The notes below the pieces were generated by a model. It made no database searches, had not been told where the DNA came from, and worked only from the letters and a program-made list of their open reading frames with translations. From an uncultured Spirochaetota bacterium (lineage in GTDB: Bacteria > Spirochaetota > Spirochaetia > SZUA-6 > CAVTHK01): a DNA stretch of 64,000 nt. Every line of letters starts with the position of its first letter. Position 1 is the stretch's first letter. Below are positions 20,737 through 31,584 of this stretch, in pieces. The position numbers and the translations under genes are program-made. The stretch covers positions 608,001 to 672,000 of the forward strand of contig CAVTHK010000001.1 of NCBI GenBank assembly GCA_963734495.1. Direction: 5' to 3'.

Positions 20737-22026
20737 TCAACACCTCCCGCTGCTGCCCGCGCGCGGAGCGTTCGCCACTCCAGACGCGGCCTGATCACTC
20801 CGACATACCCTCCGCCATAGTCCCCACGTAGTTTTCCGTCGTCAGCGCCCTCGAACGACAGTACGCGATGGAGAACGAAGGACTCGTTGGCAGTCCAGGA
20901 ACCGACAACGAACCCGAGAGAGACAGAGTACCTCATGTCACTGAGGAAATCACCTGGGATCGAGCACGTGGTCAGATAGTTCCCTGGGCTCAGCGCAACC
21001 CCGTAGAAGTCGGGTTCCGATGTTGCTCAGTGAGGAAAAAATGTTGCTGTCTTCGGGGTCGTGCAACACCATCGACAGCGCTAGGCGCTGGCCCTCGGAC
21101 AGAATCGTATATTCGATCTCGACGATAGCTCCCTCCGATATCAACACCTGCGTCGTGGGTTGGCCCTCACGGTCCTTCACGGAAACCCGGTCGACTCGGA
21201 CACACCAATTGCCGGGCCTGTCCTCTCCGCTCCAGATGCGACACCCGACGAAGTCCGCGTCGCCGGTATACTCCGCTATGGCCTGATGTGTCGGCCCGAT
21301 CATCCTCAGCGTCCCGCTTTCCAGCAGGAGGCACCGGTCGCACAGACGGCGGACCGCGGCCATGTTGTGGCTGACGAAGATCACCGTCCGCCCATGCTGC
21401 CCCACGTCCTCCATCTTGCCCATACACTTCTTCTGGAAGCGGACGTCCCCCACGGCCAGCACCTCATCGACAATGAGAATGTCCGGGTCCATATGGGCCA
21501 AGACGGCAAATCCCAGTCGGACATACATCCCGCTGGAATAATGTTTCACCGGCGTGTCGATAAACTGCTCCACTTCGGCGAACGCCACGATTTCGTCAAA
21601 CTTCCGGGCTATTTCCTGGCGCTTCATGCCGAGAATCGCCCCGCTCATATAGACGTTATCGCGGCCGGTCAGCTCCGGATGGAAGCCCGTGCCCACTTCC
21701 AACAGGCCGCAGAAGCGCCCGTTGATCACCGCGCGGCCCTTCGTGGGCTCCGTCACCCGAGAGAGGATCTTGAGGAGCGTCGACTTCCCGGCGCCGTTTC
21801 TCCCTATGATCCCGAGTCGCTCCCCTTGCTCGACCTCGAAGCTGACGTCCTTGAGGGCCCAGAACGTTTCGCTCGTCCGCGAGCGCGCACCTCTGCCGAG
21901 GATGCGCCTTCCGAGCCTTTTGACTCCGCCGGCAATCGCCTCGCGGAGAGAATCGTAGCGGGCGTTGTGGGCATGCCTGATGCGGTAGCTCTTGCCCAGC
22001 CGCTCGGCATTCAACGCGAGGGCCAC
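20730..22026 (-). CDS. wzt: Polysaccharide ABC transporter ATP-binding subunit with C-terminal Wzt_C domain (frameshift near 21010)
   Basis: FWALKDVSF, GRNGAGKST, YSSGMYVRLGF, DEVLAVGD; the beta-rich C-terminal extension continues into ORF 20730..20936. Confidence 0.9.
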
Positions 22027-22078
22027 TTTTGCCTCCCAACACACTGTCACAGGTTCTGGCGGGACGCTGCCCCGTCGA

Positions 22079-22924
22079 TCAGATGACGTCCGCGAATTGG
22101 CGCTCGGTCCGACGGAAGTAGCTTATGCCCGCCACGTTCGCCAAAGTGCACACTGCAATCGAGCAAACGAGGCCCGGAATGTAGAGAGACGCGGTCCCCA
22201 GGAGCGCCCATCTGAACCCGTCGATGACTCCCACGGCGGGGTTGAGTGAATACAGGAACCGCCACTGCTGCGGCACCACGGCGCTCGAGAATCCCACGGG
22301 GGAAATGAACAGGCCGGCTCGAAGGAGAAAGGGCACGACGTAACGGAAGTCCCGGTACTTGACGTTCAGGGCCGATATGAGGAACCCCAGGCCGCTGGCC
22401 GTAAGCGCGGCCAGCGCCAGAAACAGAGGCACGGCGAGAAAGCGCGGCGTGAGCGCGACTCGATAGAACGCCATCAGCGCCACGTATACGGCAAGCCCCA
22501 CCGCGAAATCCACGAGCGCGACGATGGTCCGGCTCAGCGGCATGATGATCCGCGGAAAGTAGACCTTCGAGATGAGGCTCGAGTTTCCCACAAGGCTGTT
22601 GCTTGCGTCCGCGAGCGATTCCGACAGGAACGTCCAGGGCAGCATGGCAGCGTAGACGAGCAGGGGGTAAGGGTACCCATCCGAGGGGAGCTTGGCGAAC
22701 CTGCCGAAGACCACGGAGAATACGACCATGGTGAGCAGAGGCTGCATCACCGCCCACGCCACGCCAAAGAAGGTCTGCTTGTAGCGCAACAGAATGTCGC
22801 GCCATGCAAGAAACCCCAGCAGCTCCCGCTGCTTCCAGACGTCCCGCCAGTAGTTGCGCTCGCCGCGACCTGCCTGGATGACGAGGTCCCAGGTGGACTC
22901 GTTGCCGCGCGTGATGTCAGCCAA
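22079..22924 (-). CDS. wzm: Polysaccharide ABC transporter permease
   Basis: RDILLRYKQTFFGVAWAV.QPL, LISKVYFPR, LNVKYRD, LNP..GVIDGFR, ERQFADVI. Confidence 0.95.
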   Translation of the reverse strand: MADITRGNESTWDLVIQAGRGERNYWRDVWKQRELLGFLAWRDILLRYKQTFFGVAWAVMQPLLTMVVFSVVFGRFAKLPSDGYPYPLLVYAAMLPWTFLSESLADASNSLVGNSSLISKVYFPRIIMPLSRTIVALVDFAVGLAVYVALMAFYRVALTPRFLAVPLFLALAALTASGLGFLISALNVKYRDFRYVVPFLLRAGLFISPVGFSSAVVPQQWRFLYSLNPAVGVIDGFRWALLGTASLYIPGLVCSIAVCTLANVAGISYFRRTERQFADVI

Positions 22925-22992
22925 CTCTCACTCCCTGCTCACCTGATCCCGGCGCGGCGGGTCTCATCGGGCTGCAGCCGCCGCGCGATTCT

Positions 22993-23939
22993 CTAGCGCC
23001 TCTGAAACCAGTACGGCGGCCGGGCTCGAGGCAGAAGCCATCGGGTCCGGTAGCCGTCCACGTCGCCCTTGAGAGCCCGTATGAACAGCTCGGTGTGATC
23101 GACCGTCCTCGTCACGTCCACAAAACCCTGGGCCTCGATTGCCTTCTTCACGTAGTCGTATTCCAGGCGACGATTGACCAGCGGCGCGTAGATGTCATGC
23201 TGGTTGTGAAGTGCGGTCACGTCTCCCCCGCGCCTTTTCCAGCAGGAATGCCCTTCGGGCGTCGTCGGACATCAGGGAGTTGTAGTAGACGCGCTCCCGG
23301 AACAGCTTCAAATCGTCTTCGAACGGCACGCTGTCGCGTCCGTAAAGGTAGGTGTAGAAGATGCCGTCGGGCTTCACAGCCCGAGCAGGGTGCGAAGCGA
23401 GCCGGTAAAGCTCGTCGTGTGATGAAGCACGCCCCACGAGAACACCAGATCGAACTGCTCACCGCCGATCATCGGCCCGAGATCTTCAAGCCGCGACACG
23501 ACGAAACGCTTTCGAACCCGGAAACCCTCCAGGGCACGCCGCGTCTCTTCGACTGCGACTTCGTTCACGTCGACAGCCGTGATGTCGGCTCCGAGCCTGG
23601 CCAGCCCATAGCTCCATCGACCGTTGCCGCATCCAGCGTCAAGCACGCTCTTGCCTGCGAACCACTCAGGCTTGATCTGTATCTCCTGCTCGGCGATGAT
23701 CCGATCCACGTTCTCGCGAAACCAGGGGTCCGAGAGCAGGAAATGCCCTCCTTGAGTGAAGTCCACTGGTGCCGGAAGCTCGCCTGCGTGCTCTCTGCCG
23801 CCAGGATCATGGCATGGTCGAGATCATGGACCGCCTGGTAGAGAAGCCGGTAGATAGCGTCAACGTCTCGCGTCGTGGATGCATGTCTGCGGCGCCGCAG
23901 GGCCCGCACGACTCGGCCGAGAAGGCTGCGGAGATTCAT
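22993..23939 (-). CDS. Class I SAM methyltransferase, paralog of 16936..17892 (about 3 frameshifts)
   Basis: Pieces across ORFs 23565.., 23374.., 23195.., 22993..: TQASFRHQW, WFAGKSVLDAGCGNGRWSYGL, FDLVFSWGVLHHT, VKPDG. Confidence 0.75.
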
Positions 23940-23956
23940 CGCGCAGCCCTTGATGC

Positions 23957-24687
23957 TCAAAGCCTTCGTTCCTTTCTCTCGCGAGTCAGGCTGCGCGCCC
24001 GCGCCATGTGATTCGCGTCGTCGATCTCGGCCCAGCTGCAGGTCGGCGACGCGGCGGCAATAGACGGGCCTGCGTTTGGACGCGGCGACCAGGCCGCCGA
24101 CCTCGTACTCGCCTTCAGGCGGAAGAGCGCGCAGCAGCGCGGCCAGCGCAGGCGACACCCGCGTGATGCCGACCAGCTCGCCCGCCACCCCCGCGCCCAG
24201 CACGCCGCGGTCCTTGCTCATCGCCACCAGCCGCGCGTCGCCGTCGGTCTCCACCCACACCTCGTCGCCCGAGGCGGTCGGCCCCGACAACAGCACGACA
24301 TCCTCGTGCGGGTCGGCCAGCACCTCGTCGAGCGCGCGCGGCTCGTAGACCAGGTCCGACTCCAGGATCAGCAGCGGGCCGGCCGCGGCCGCCCGCTCGA
24401 GCCCCACCTGCAGCGAATAGAAGCTGCCCAGCTCCGCGAACTTCGGGTTGTGCACGGTCTCCACGAGCCCGGCGCGACGCGCGGCCAGCTCGCCGGTAGA
24501 AGTGCGCCAGGTGCCCGGTCACGATCACGACGCGCCCGACCCCGACCGCGACAAGCTTGTCGAGCGACTCCTCGATGATGGGCCGGTCGCCGAGCTTGAG
24601 GAACCCCTTGGGGATCTCGCTGCCCAGCTTGCCCAACCGCGTCCCGCGACCGGCCGCGAGGATGACCGCAGTCGTGACGTCGTTCAC
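23957..24687 (-). CDS. LicC/PntC-like phosphonate/phosphocholine cytidylyltransferase (frameshifts near 24495 and 24037)
   Basis: AVILAAGRGTRLG..PKG, VTGH, NPKFAELGSFYSL, LESDLVY, GDEVWV, WAEIDD; directly downstream of the AEP transaminase. Confidence 0.8.
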
Positions 24688-25824
24688 CTGGCGAACCGCT
24701 TGCGGAACACGCCGATGAGCCGCTTGAGATCCCCGTCGCCGATGGCACCCATGTTGGCGATGCGGAAGATGGAGTGGTAGAGCCCGGCCTGGCCCGCGTA
24801 GATCACGAAGCCCGCCTTCTTCAGCAGGTCGTGGAGCTCCTGGTAGGTCGCCCCCTGGGGAAGGGTGAAGGAAGAGATCACCGCGCCATAGGCGTCCTCG
24901 GGGAGGAAGCGCCTGATCCCGATGGCGTCGAGCTCGGCGCGTATCGTCTCCGACAGGCGCCGGTAGCGCTCGTGGCGCGTCCGCCAGCCGCCGCCCGCCT
25001 CCAGCTCCGCCAGCGCCTCCTGCATCGCCACGCACACGTGCGTCGCCTGCGTGAACGGCGAGAAGCCGCTCTTCTGCTCCTTGTAGTAGCGGTAGAGGTC
25101 CAGGTAGACCGAGGTGGCGCCGGTCCTGCCGGTCTCCAGCAGCTCGCGCCGCGCCATGACGAAGCAGATGCCGGGCGCGCCGTGGATGCACTTGTTCGCC
25201 ACGGCGCAGAGCGCGTCGAGGTTCCAGTCGGCGAAGCGGATGTCCTCGCCCGCGAAGCTGCTCACCGTGTCGAGAAGGAGTCGCCGCCCGTGTTTCTTCA
25301 GCACGCGGGCAAGGGCGGGCACGTCGTTGAGCCTGCCGGTGGTCGTTTCGTTGTGCACCGCGAGCACGTGCGTGATCGACGGGTCCGCGGCGAGCCGCGC
25401 ATCGGCCTCGGCCACCTTGATCGGCTCGGGCCACTCGGAGCGCACGAGCACGAGCTGCTTGCCCTGAGCCTCGATCATCGCGGCCATGCGCTCGCCGTAG
25501 ATGCCGTTGGCCATCACCAGCACCTTGCCGCCGCGCGGCACGAAACTGGAGATCATCGCCTCGACGGCGCAGGTGCCCGAGCCGGTCATGAGGATCGCCT
25601 CGTAGTCGCGCTCCGACTCCTCGTACACGCGCACGAGCCACCGCCTGATGTCGAGGACGAGCTCGGCGAACTCCGGCTCGCGGTGGCAGAGGTCCTCCTT
25701 GAGCAGCGACTTCCGCACCCGCTCGGTCAGCGTGACCGGCCCCGGATTCAGGAGGATGGTGCGCGCGGGCGGCCTTGGCGCGCGCGGCCACCTTGCGGAC
25801 CGGGCGGCGGGCGACCTTCTTCAT
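24684..25824 (-). CDS. aepZ: 2-aminoethylphosphonate aminotransferase (class V PLP; frameshift near 25762)
   Basis: LLNPGPV, DLCHREPEF, GSGTCAVEA, HNETTTG, DTVSSF, ANKCIHGAPG, GFVIYAGQ, FRIANMG. Confidence 0.88.
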
Positions 25825-25825
25825 T

Positions 25826-26971
25826 TTACTTTCCCTCCTTGACGCAGGCGCGAAAGCGGGCAGCCACCTCGGGCGGCGTGATCGTCGGCCTGGGCAGGTC
25901 TTCGGGCGCGCCCGGAACAATCTTTACATGAAGAAGGCTCAACGCCGGCGCCCCGTCGCGCGCGAGGAACGAGGCGACCTCGTCGGGCGTCGTCGCGCGT
26001 GCGGTCACGGGGTAGCCGCAGGCTGCGGCGATGGCGCAGAAGTCCACGGAGTGCGACACCGTCGACTGGCCGCCCGTGGACTCGTGCATCTGGTTGTCGA
26101 GCAGCACGTGGACGAGGTTCGGCGGCCGCTCGTAGCCGACGGTCGTGAGCCCGCCCATGCGCATGAGCACCGCCCCGTCGCCGTCGAGCACGATGATCCG
26201 GCGCTTCGGCCGCGCAAGCGCGAGGCCGAGCCCCAGGCTCATCGCGCACCCCAGCGAGCCGACCATGTAGAGCTGCTCGCGGCGGTCGTCGAGGGAGTAG
26301 AGCTCGCGGCCGGCAAAGCCGGTCGAGGCGATCACGAGGTCGCCGGGCCGCAGGCTCGCCTGCACCGCGCGCAGGATCTCGGCGCGGGGGACGCGGGCCG
26401 GGAGGGCGCCCTGGGGGGCCGGCGGGGAGGCGAGGGGGCGGGCCTCCGGCCTGCTCTTGAGCTTCCAGTCGGCGACGGAGCCCTTCTTCATCACCAGGGC
26501 GTAAGGGAGACCTTTGCTCTCCATGTGAGCTATGGCGCGGTCGAGCGCGGGCTCGACGTCGGCGTCCTTCTGCGGAAAGTACTCCCAGGGGATCTCCATC
26601 ACCTCGAGCATGCGCGTCGTGATGGGCCCCATGAGCGCGTGCTGCGGCTCGTCATGCGGGCCTCCGGGCTCGCCCCGCAGCGTCGTGATCACGAGGATCG
26701 GGATGCGGAAGATCGCGTTCAGCGAGGTGAGGGGGTTGACCGCGTTGCCGAGCCCCGAGTTCTGGAACATGGCGATGGCGCGCACGCCGCCCAGGTCGGA
26801 GCCGGAGGCGATGGCCACGGCGTCGCCTTCGTTGGCCGCCGCGACGTAGCGCAGGTCGGGCGAGTCGATGACGTAGTTGATGAAGGGCTTGAGGTAGGAG
26901 CAGGGCACGCCCGACCAGAGACCGAACCCTCTGCGTTTCGCGCCCTCGGCAAAGATCTGCGCTGAGATCAC
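25826..26971 (-). CDS. ppd: Phosphonopyruvate decarboxylase
   Basis: [62 protein letters not shown]. Confidence 0.95.
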   Translation of the reverse strand: MISAQIFAEGAKRRGFGLWSGVPCSYLKPFINYVIDSPDLRYVAAANEGDAVAIASGSDLGGVRAIAMFQNSGLGNAVNPLTSLNAIFRIPILVITTLRGEPGGPHDEPQHALMGPITTRMLEVMEIPWEYFPQKDADVEPALDRAIAHMESKGLPYALVMKKGSVADWKLKSRPEARPLASPPAPQGALPARVPRAEILRAVQASLRPGDLVIASTGFAGRELYSLDDRREQLYMVGSLGCAMSLGLGLALARPKRRIIVLDGDGAVLMRMGGLTTVGYERPPNLVHVLLDNQMHESTGGQSTVSHSVDFCAIAAACGYPVTARATTPDEVASFLARDGAPALSLLHVKIVPGAPEDLPRPTITPPEVAARFRACVKEGK

Positions 26972-28589
26972 TGGAACCTCCCGGCGAGCACCAGGTCATC
27001 CAGGCTGTCGATGTCCAGCCAGTTGCCCGTCGTGTAGAGGACCCGCACGCGTTGTCCGCTCGCGAGCAGCGCGTTGACCAGCTCGGGGATCTTGGAGGCG
27101 CGACCGCCGGCGCGCGGCCAGGAGGTCGGCGACGGCCTTGCGCAGAGTGGCGCAGCGAGCCCCGGGCCACTTTGAGGAACCCCATCCACTCGCCGTGGAC
27201 GCTTGCCTTCGACGCGCTCGTGGACCATGCGGGTGAGGTAGACCTTCTGCGCCGAAGACCTCGCGGGAGTAGGGCAGGGTGCACTGCGCGTAGTCCGACG
27301 TCGCGGCCGCGGTTCACGCTCTCCTGCCACGCCGTGTCGACCGCGATGGTAAAGGCCTCGTCGCTCTCGGAGAGCATCTCGAGGATGTACTTCTTGAAGA
27401 GCACGTCCCCGTAGGAGACGATCGTGTCCTTGTCGCCGGGGAGCGCCTCGAGCGCCTTGGCGAGCGAGGCGACCTCGCCCGTGCTCTCGAAGTCGGGGTT
27501 GTCGGCGTAGCGAACGCCGGGGAGGTCGACCGCCTCCTTGCAGTAGCCGCGCACCACGGTGACGTCCTTGATGCCGACCGCGTTGTACCCGTCGACGATG
27601 CGCGAGAGAAGCGGCTGTCCCGCGATCTCGACCATCGCCTTGGGCCTCGTCAGCGTGAGGTCGCCCAGCTCCTTGCCCCTGGCGGCCGCGAGCACGATGG
27701 CCTGGTTCTCGGCGCCGCGCTGCGGGAGGTAGAGCTTCTCCGCCTCCTCGAGCTCCTTTTCGCCCTGCAGCCGGAACACCTCGGCGACCGGGGCGATCGA
27801 GTCCTCGACCGACATCAGCCCCTCCGCTTCGGCAATGGCCCGGGCCGTCCGCTGCATTCCCGCGATGGCGGCCCGCACGACGTGGTTGGCCCAGATCGCG
27901 ATGGCAAAGCCGTACCGGCGGAAGACGTCGGTCGGTGTCGAGTAGTACTTGGTGGGCACGATCACCACGGGCAGGCGGTCGCCCCATTCCTTCTTGAACG
28001 CGAGCACCTCGTCCGGGACGGAGAGCGCGCTGTGAATGAGGATGCCGTCCGCGCCGGCGAGACGGTAGGCTTCGGCGCGGCGCAGCGCCTCCGCGAGGCC
28101 CCAGCCCGCGATGAAGGCCTCGACGCGGGCGATGATGCAGAAGTCCTCGTCGCCCTGGGCGTCCTTGCCGGCCTTGATCTTGCCCGCGAACTCGTCCATG
28201 TCCGCCAGCGGCTGCGCGGTGCCGCGGATAAAGCTGTTGGTCTTCGGGAAGAGCTTGTCCTCGATGCAGACGGCCGCCACACCGCGCTGCTCGAGCTTGC
28301 GCACGAGGCGCCTCATGTTGTTGAAGTTGCCGTACCCGGTGTCCCCGTCTAGAAGGATAGGGACGGTGGTGGCATCGGCCATGAACTCGATGACGTCGAG
28401 GACCTGGGTCCAGCTCGCCTCGTTGCTGTCGCGCACGCCGAGCTGTGCCGAGATCGAGAGGCCGCTCCCCCAGATCCCCTTGAAACCGGCCTCCTCGACG
28501 ATCCGCGCGGAGAGGCCATTGTGGGCCTCGCAGAGGAACTCGAGGCGGGGGGAGGTGAGGAGCTTCTTGAACTGCTTCGTCTTTTTCAT
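26968..28589 (-). CDS. pepM: Phosphoenolpyruvate mutase fused to a C-terminal nucleotidyltransferase domain (frameshifts in the 3' part, 27100-27300)
   Basis: [15 protein letters not shown], diagnostic [10 protein letters not shown] (EDKx5NS), VPTKY, WANH; then [31 protein letters not shown]. Confidence 0.95.
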
Positions 28590-28773
28590 AGGCTTTTCGT
28601 GGGCATCGATCGTTTGCCTGTCGGCCCGGTCGCCGGCGCCGTTCGGCTGAGCGAGGGCGTCCCGCGGTCCGGGCAAGCGCGCCCGGCGGCGGGCGGCCTG
28701 CGCCCGTCGCGGGTGCGTGCAGTGATGGCCTCGCAGCGTTTGCGGACGTCGCCGAAACAGATCGTCCCGTTCG

Positions 28774-29331
28774 CTAGGCGAGGATGTCGCGGAGGTAGAC
28801 CACGGGGCTTTCGCCCTCGGCGGCAGCCTGCGACGCGCCTGCTCCCTCGGGTACGCGGGCCGCCGCGGGGCGTCTCCTCCGTTCGGAGATCACGCGGAAG
28901 CAGCCGTCCCCGGCGGGGCGGTCGTCTCCGCGGACGAAGCGCACGCTGCCTTTCGCGCAGACGTGCTCGATGATGAAGTCCAGGTCGCTCGACCCGACGA
29001 GCGCTACGGTGTGGAAACCCCGCAGCCGCGCGGCTGACACCAGGCGCTCGATTGCTTCCTTGTAGTCGACGACGTTCCTGATCGTTCTCCTGAGGAAGCG
29101 GTAGCTGCGTCTGGCTATCTCATCGGCGCCCGCGGGGGTCACGGCATAGCGGATATTGCGGTTGTTGACCTTGCGGATCGCGAGCCAGCCCTTGTGCGCC
29201 AGGCGCTTGAGAATGGCGTTGGTCATCCCGAGGGACAGACCGACCACCTGCGCCAGGTCCCGCTGCCTGACGCGGCTGCCATTGCGATAGATGCTTTCCA
29301 GGACTTCCAGCTCGCGCTCTGCCGTCGCCAT
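28774..29331 (-). CDS. Winged-helix (MarR-like, EPS-locus-associated) transcriptional regulator
   Basis: [44 protein letters not shown]. Confidence 0.8.
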   Translation of the reverse strand: MATAERELEVLESIYRNGSRVRQRDLAQVVGLSLGMTNAILKRLAHKGWLAIRKVNNRNIRYAVTPAGADEIARRSYRFLRRTIRNVVDYKEAIERLVSAARLRGFHTVALVGSSDLDFIIEHVCAKGSVRFVRGDDRPAGDGCFRVISERRRRPAAARVPEGAGASQAAAEGESPVVYLRDILA

Positions 29332-29332
29332 G

Positions 29333-29353
29333 ATTGTTCAGTCGTCGAACAAT
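29333..29353. promoter_or_regulatory. Inverted repeat ATTGTTC-N7-GAACAAT, putative operator of the wHTH regulator
   Basis: Perfect 7-bp palindrome between the regulator start codon and an extended -10 (TGcTATATT, minus strand). Confidence 0.55.
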
Positions 29354-29504
29354 ATAGCACGCGGCGGAGTTTTGCAACGGCTCGCGCGACGCTCCGGCTC
29401 CGTCCGGGGCGGACGCCGCCCGCGGCCCCGCGCCCCGGGACCTGCGCCGCCGCCGCCTTGCCGCCGCAGCGCGCCGCGGCGCTGCGCGTATCATCACGCC
29501 CGCA

Positions 29505-30495
29505 ATGGGCAGGCTGCCGGTACTCGTCTGCATCCACGGCCTCGGGAACAAGCCGCCGCGGGCCGTGCTGTCGGACTGGTGGCTGCGCTCGATCCGCGAA
29601 GGGTTCGCCCTCTTCGAGGTGCCGGAGCCCCGCTTCGACTTCGACTTCGTGTACTGGGCGGACCTCATCCACGAGGTACCGCTCGACCCCGGTGGCCCCG
29701 TCCGGGCACCCGCTGTCCGTCGGGCACCCCTACGTCCCCTACGCGGAGCCGCCGGAGCTGCGGAAGCCCGGCCGGCTGCGGCGTGCGATCCGCGAGGAGA
29801 TGGACCGCATCATCGACCGCGTGGCGTTCACGGAAAGAGGCATCACCTACCTGGACCGCATCGGCGACCTGGTCATCCAGGCGCTTTTCCGCGACCTCGA
29901 GATCTACTACTACGGGACCTGCATCGATCGGAAACGCAGGATGAGGCCGGCGCGCGACGTCATCCAGGAGGAGCTCGTCGCGGCGCTCCGCAGGCACCGG
30001 CGCGAGCGCGTCATCCTGCTCGCCCACTCCATGGGGACGATCATTTCCTACGACGTGCTGTCCAACCCGCGTTACGGGGTGACCGCGGACGCACTCGTGA
30101 CCGTGGGCTCGCCTCTCGGCCTGCCGCCCGTGATCAACAAGCTCCGGCAGAACGGGCGCTCCCACGGGCCGGCGCGCGCCGCGGGCGTCCCGCTGTGCCG
30201 GGCGCCCGAAGGGGTGCGCGAGGCCTGGCTGAACTTTGCCGATCTTCACGACCAGGTCGCCTGGAGCTACGATCTGGCCCGCGACTACGGCCCGAGCTCC
30301 CGCGGCGTGCGGCCGCAGGATGTGGTCGTCTGGAACACCTACCGCGACGACCACGGAAAGCGGGACCCGCACAATATCTTCGGCTACACGCGCACGCCGC
30401 GGCTTGCCGCCGCTCTGGCGGACCTCCTCGCGAAGCGGCGGCGGCCGGGTTGGGTGGAGCGCTTCAGCTCGGCGATCGACCGGTTCTTCCGCTGA
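29505..30495 (+). CDS. Putative alpha/beta-hydrolase (frameshift near 29700)
   Basis: IHGLGNK oxyanion-like segment, AHSMG nucleophile elbow, LVTVGSPLG, WLNFAD..D, final H. Confidence 0.65.
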
Positions 30496-30534
30496 CCGCC
30501 GCGCGGCGGGAGCCGCGGGCGCGGACGCACGCGG

Positions 30535-31395
30535 TCAGCCCCGTGGCACCCTGTCCCGGTAGCGGGAATTGACGCAGACAAACGACGGGTTGTGCAGGTC
30601 CGGCTTGTTGTACACGAGCGGCTCGCGGGAGCCCGCGCGGCACAGGCTGCCGCCGGCGGCCTCGACCACCGCCTGACCGGCCGCGACGTCCCACTCGTAT
30701 GTGGGCCCGATGCGCGGATAGACGTCCGCCAGCCCTTCGGCCACGTGACACATCTTCAGCGAGCTTCCCGAGGAGCGGGTCACGACCTCGCCGAAGAGGC
30801 GGCGGCACTCGCCGATGTAGGCGTCGGTTTCCGGGGTCATGTGCGAGCGGCTGGCGGCCACGGTGAAGACGCGCGTGCTCTCCGCCGGCAGCCGCACGGA
30901 CCGCAGCGCGACCTCCTCCCACTCCGCGCCTCGGTCGGCCAGGGCCGCGAGGGCCCCGGCGTCGCTCAGGCGGTAGGCCGCGCGCGACGGCACGTGGCCG
31001 AAGTAGGCGAGGGAGGGAACCGGGGCAAACACGAGCCCGAAGACCGCCCGGTCCCGCTCGACGAGGGCGATATTGACCGTGAACTCGCCGTTGCGGCTCA
31101 CGAACTCCTTGGTGCCGTCCAGCGGGTCCACGAGCCAGAAGCGCTTCCAGCCTTTGCGCTCGTCAAAGGGGATCTCGCGGCCCTCTTCGCCAAGAAAAGG
31201 GATCGAGGCATCGGCGTCGGCGAGGATCTCGCGGATGCGCTGCTGGGACCGCCGGTCGGCCTCGGTCAGGGGAGACGCGTCGCTCTTGGTCTCGACGGCG
31301 AAGTCCGTCTCGTAGACGCGGAGGATCTCGCGGCCGGCCGCCCAGGCCGCGCGCAGCGCGGCCTGCAGCAGCGGCGTGCGCGGTTCAGATTTCAA
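30535..31395 (-). CDS. cysQ: 3'(2'),5'-bisphosphate nucleotidase
   Basis: KSDASPLTEAD, WLVDPLDGTKEF, EFTVNIAL, SRSH, GSSLK, EWDVAAGQA. Confidence 0.92.
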   Translation of the reverse strand: MKSEPRTPLLQAALRAAWAAGREILRVYETDFAVETKSDASPLTEADRRSQQRIREILADADASIPFLGEEGREIPFDERKGWKRFWLVDPLDGTKEFVSRNGEFTVNIALVERDRAVFGLVFAPVPSLAYFGHVPSRAAYRLSDAGALAALADRGAEWEEVALRSVRLPAESTRVFTVAASRSHMTPETDAYIGECRRLFGEVVTRSSGSSLKMCHVAEGLADVYPRIGPTYEWDVAAGQAVVEAAGGSLCRAGSREPLVYNKPDLHNPSFVCVNSRYRDRVPRG

Positions 31396-31584
31396 GGGCT
31401 GGAACCTCCGCGGGCGCGGCGGGCAGCTCGTTGTGGAAACGCGCCGTCAAAGGATTCGGGACGGAGCCGCCGCAGGGATGTGTCGCGGGCCCGCCGCGGG
31501 TTGCCTTGGAGCCTGTCGGACTTTCCGGCAGGCCGTCGGTCGCGCCCGGGTCGGTCGTCCGGCCGCGGCGGACCGCGGCTCTGC

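Noticed and set aside
29333-29353. LexA/SOS box reading of the GTTC..GAAC palindrome
   Set aside because: Orientation and spacing match neither GAAC-N4-GTTC nor GTTC-N7-GTTC
30535-31395. cysQ as evidence for glycan sulfation
   Set aside because: No sulfotransferase or PAPS-synthesis gene is visible in the window
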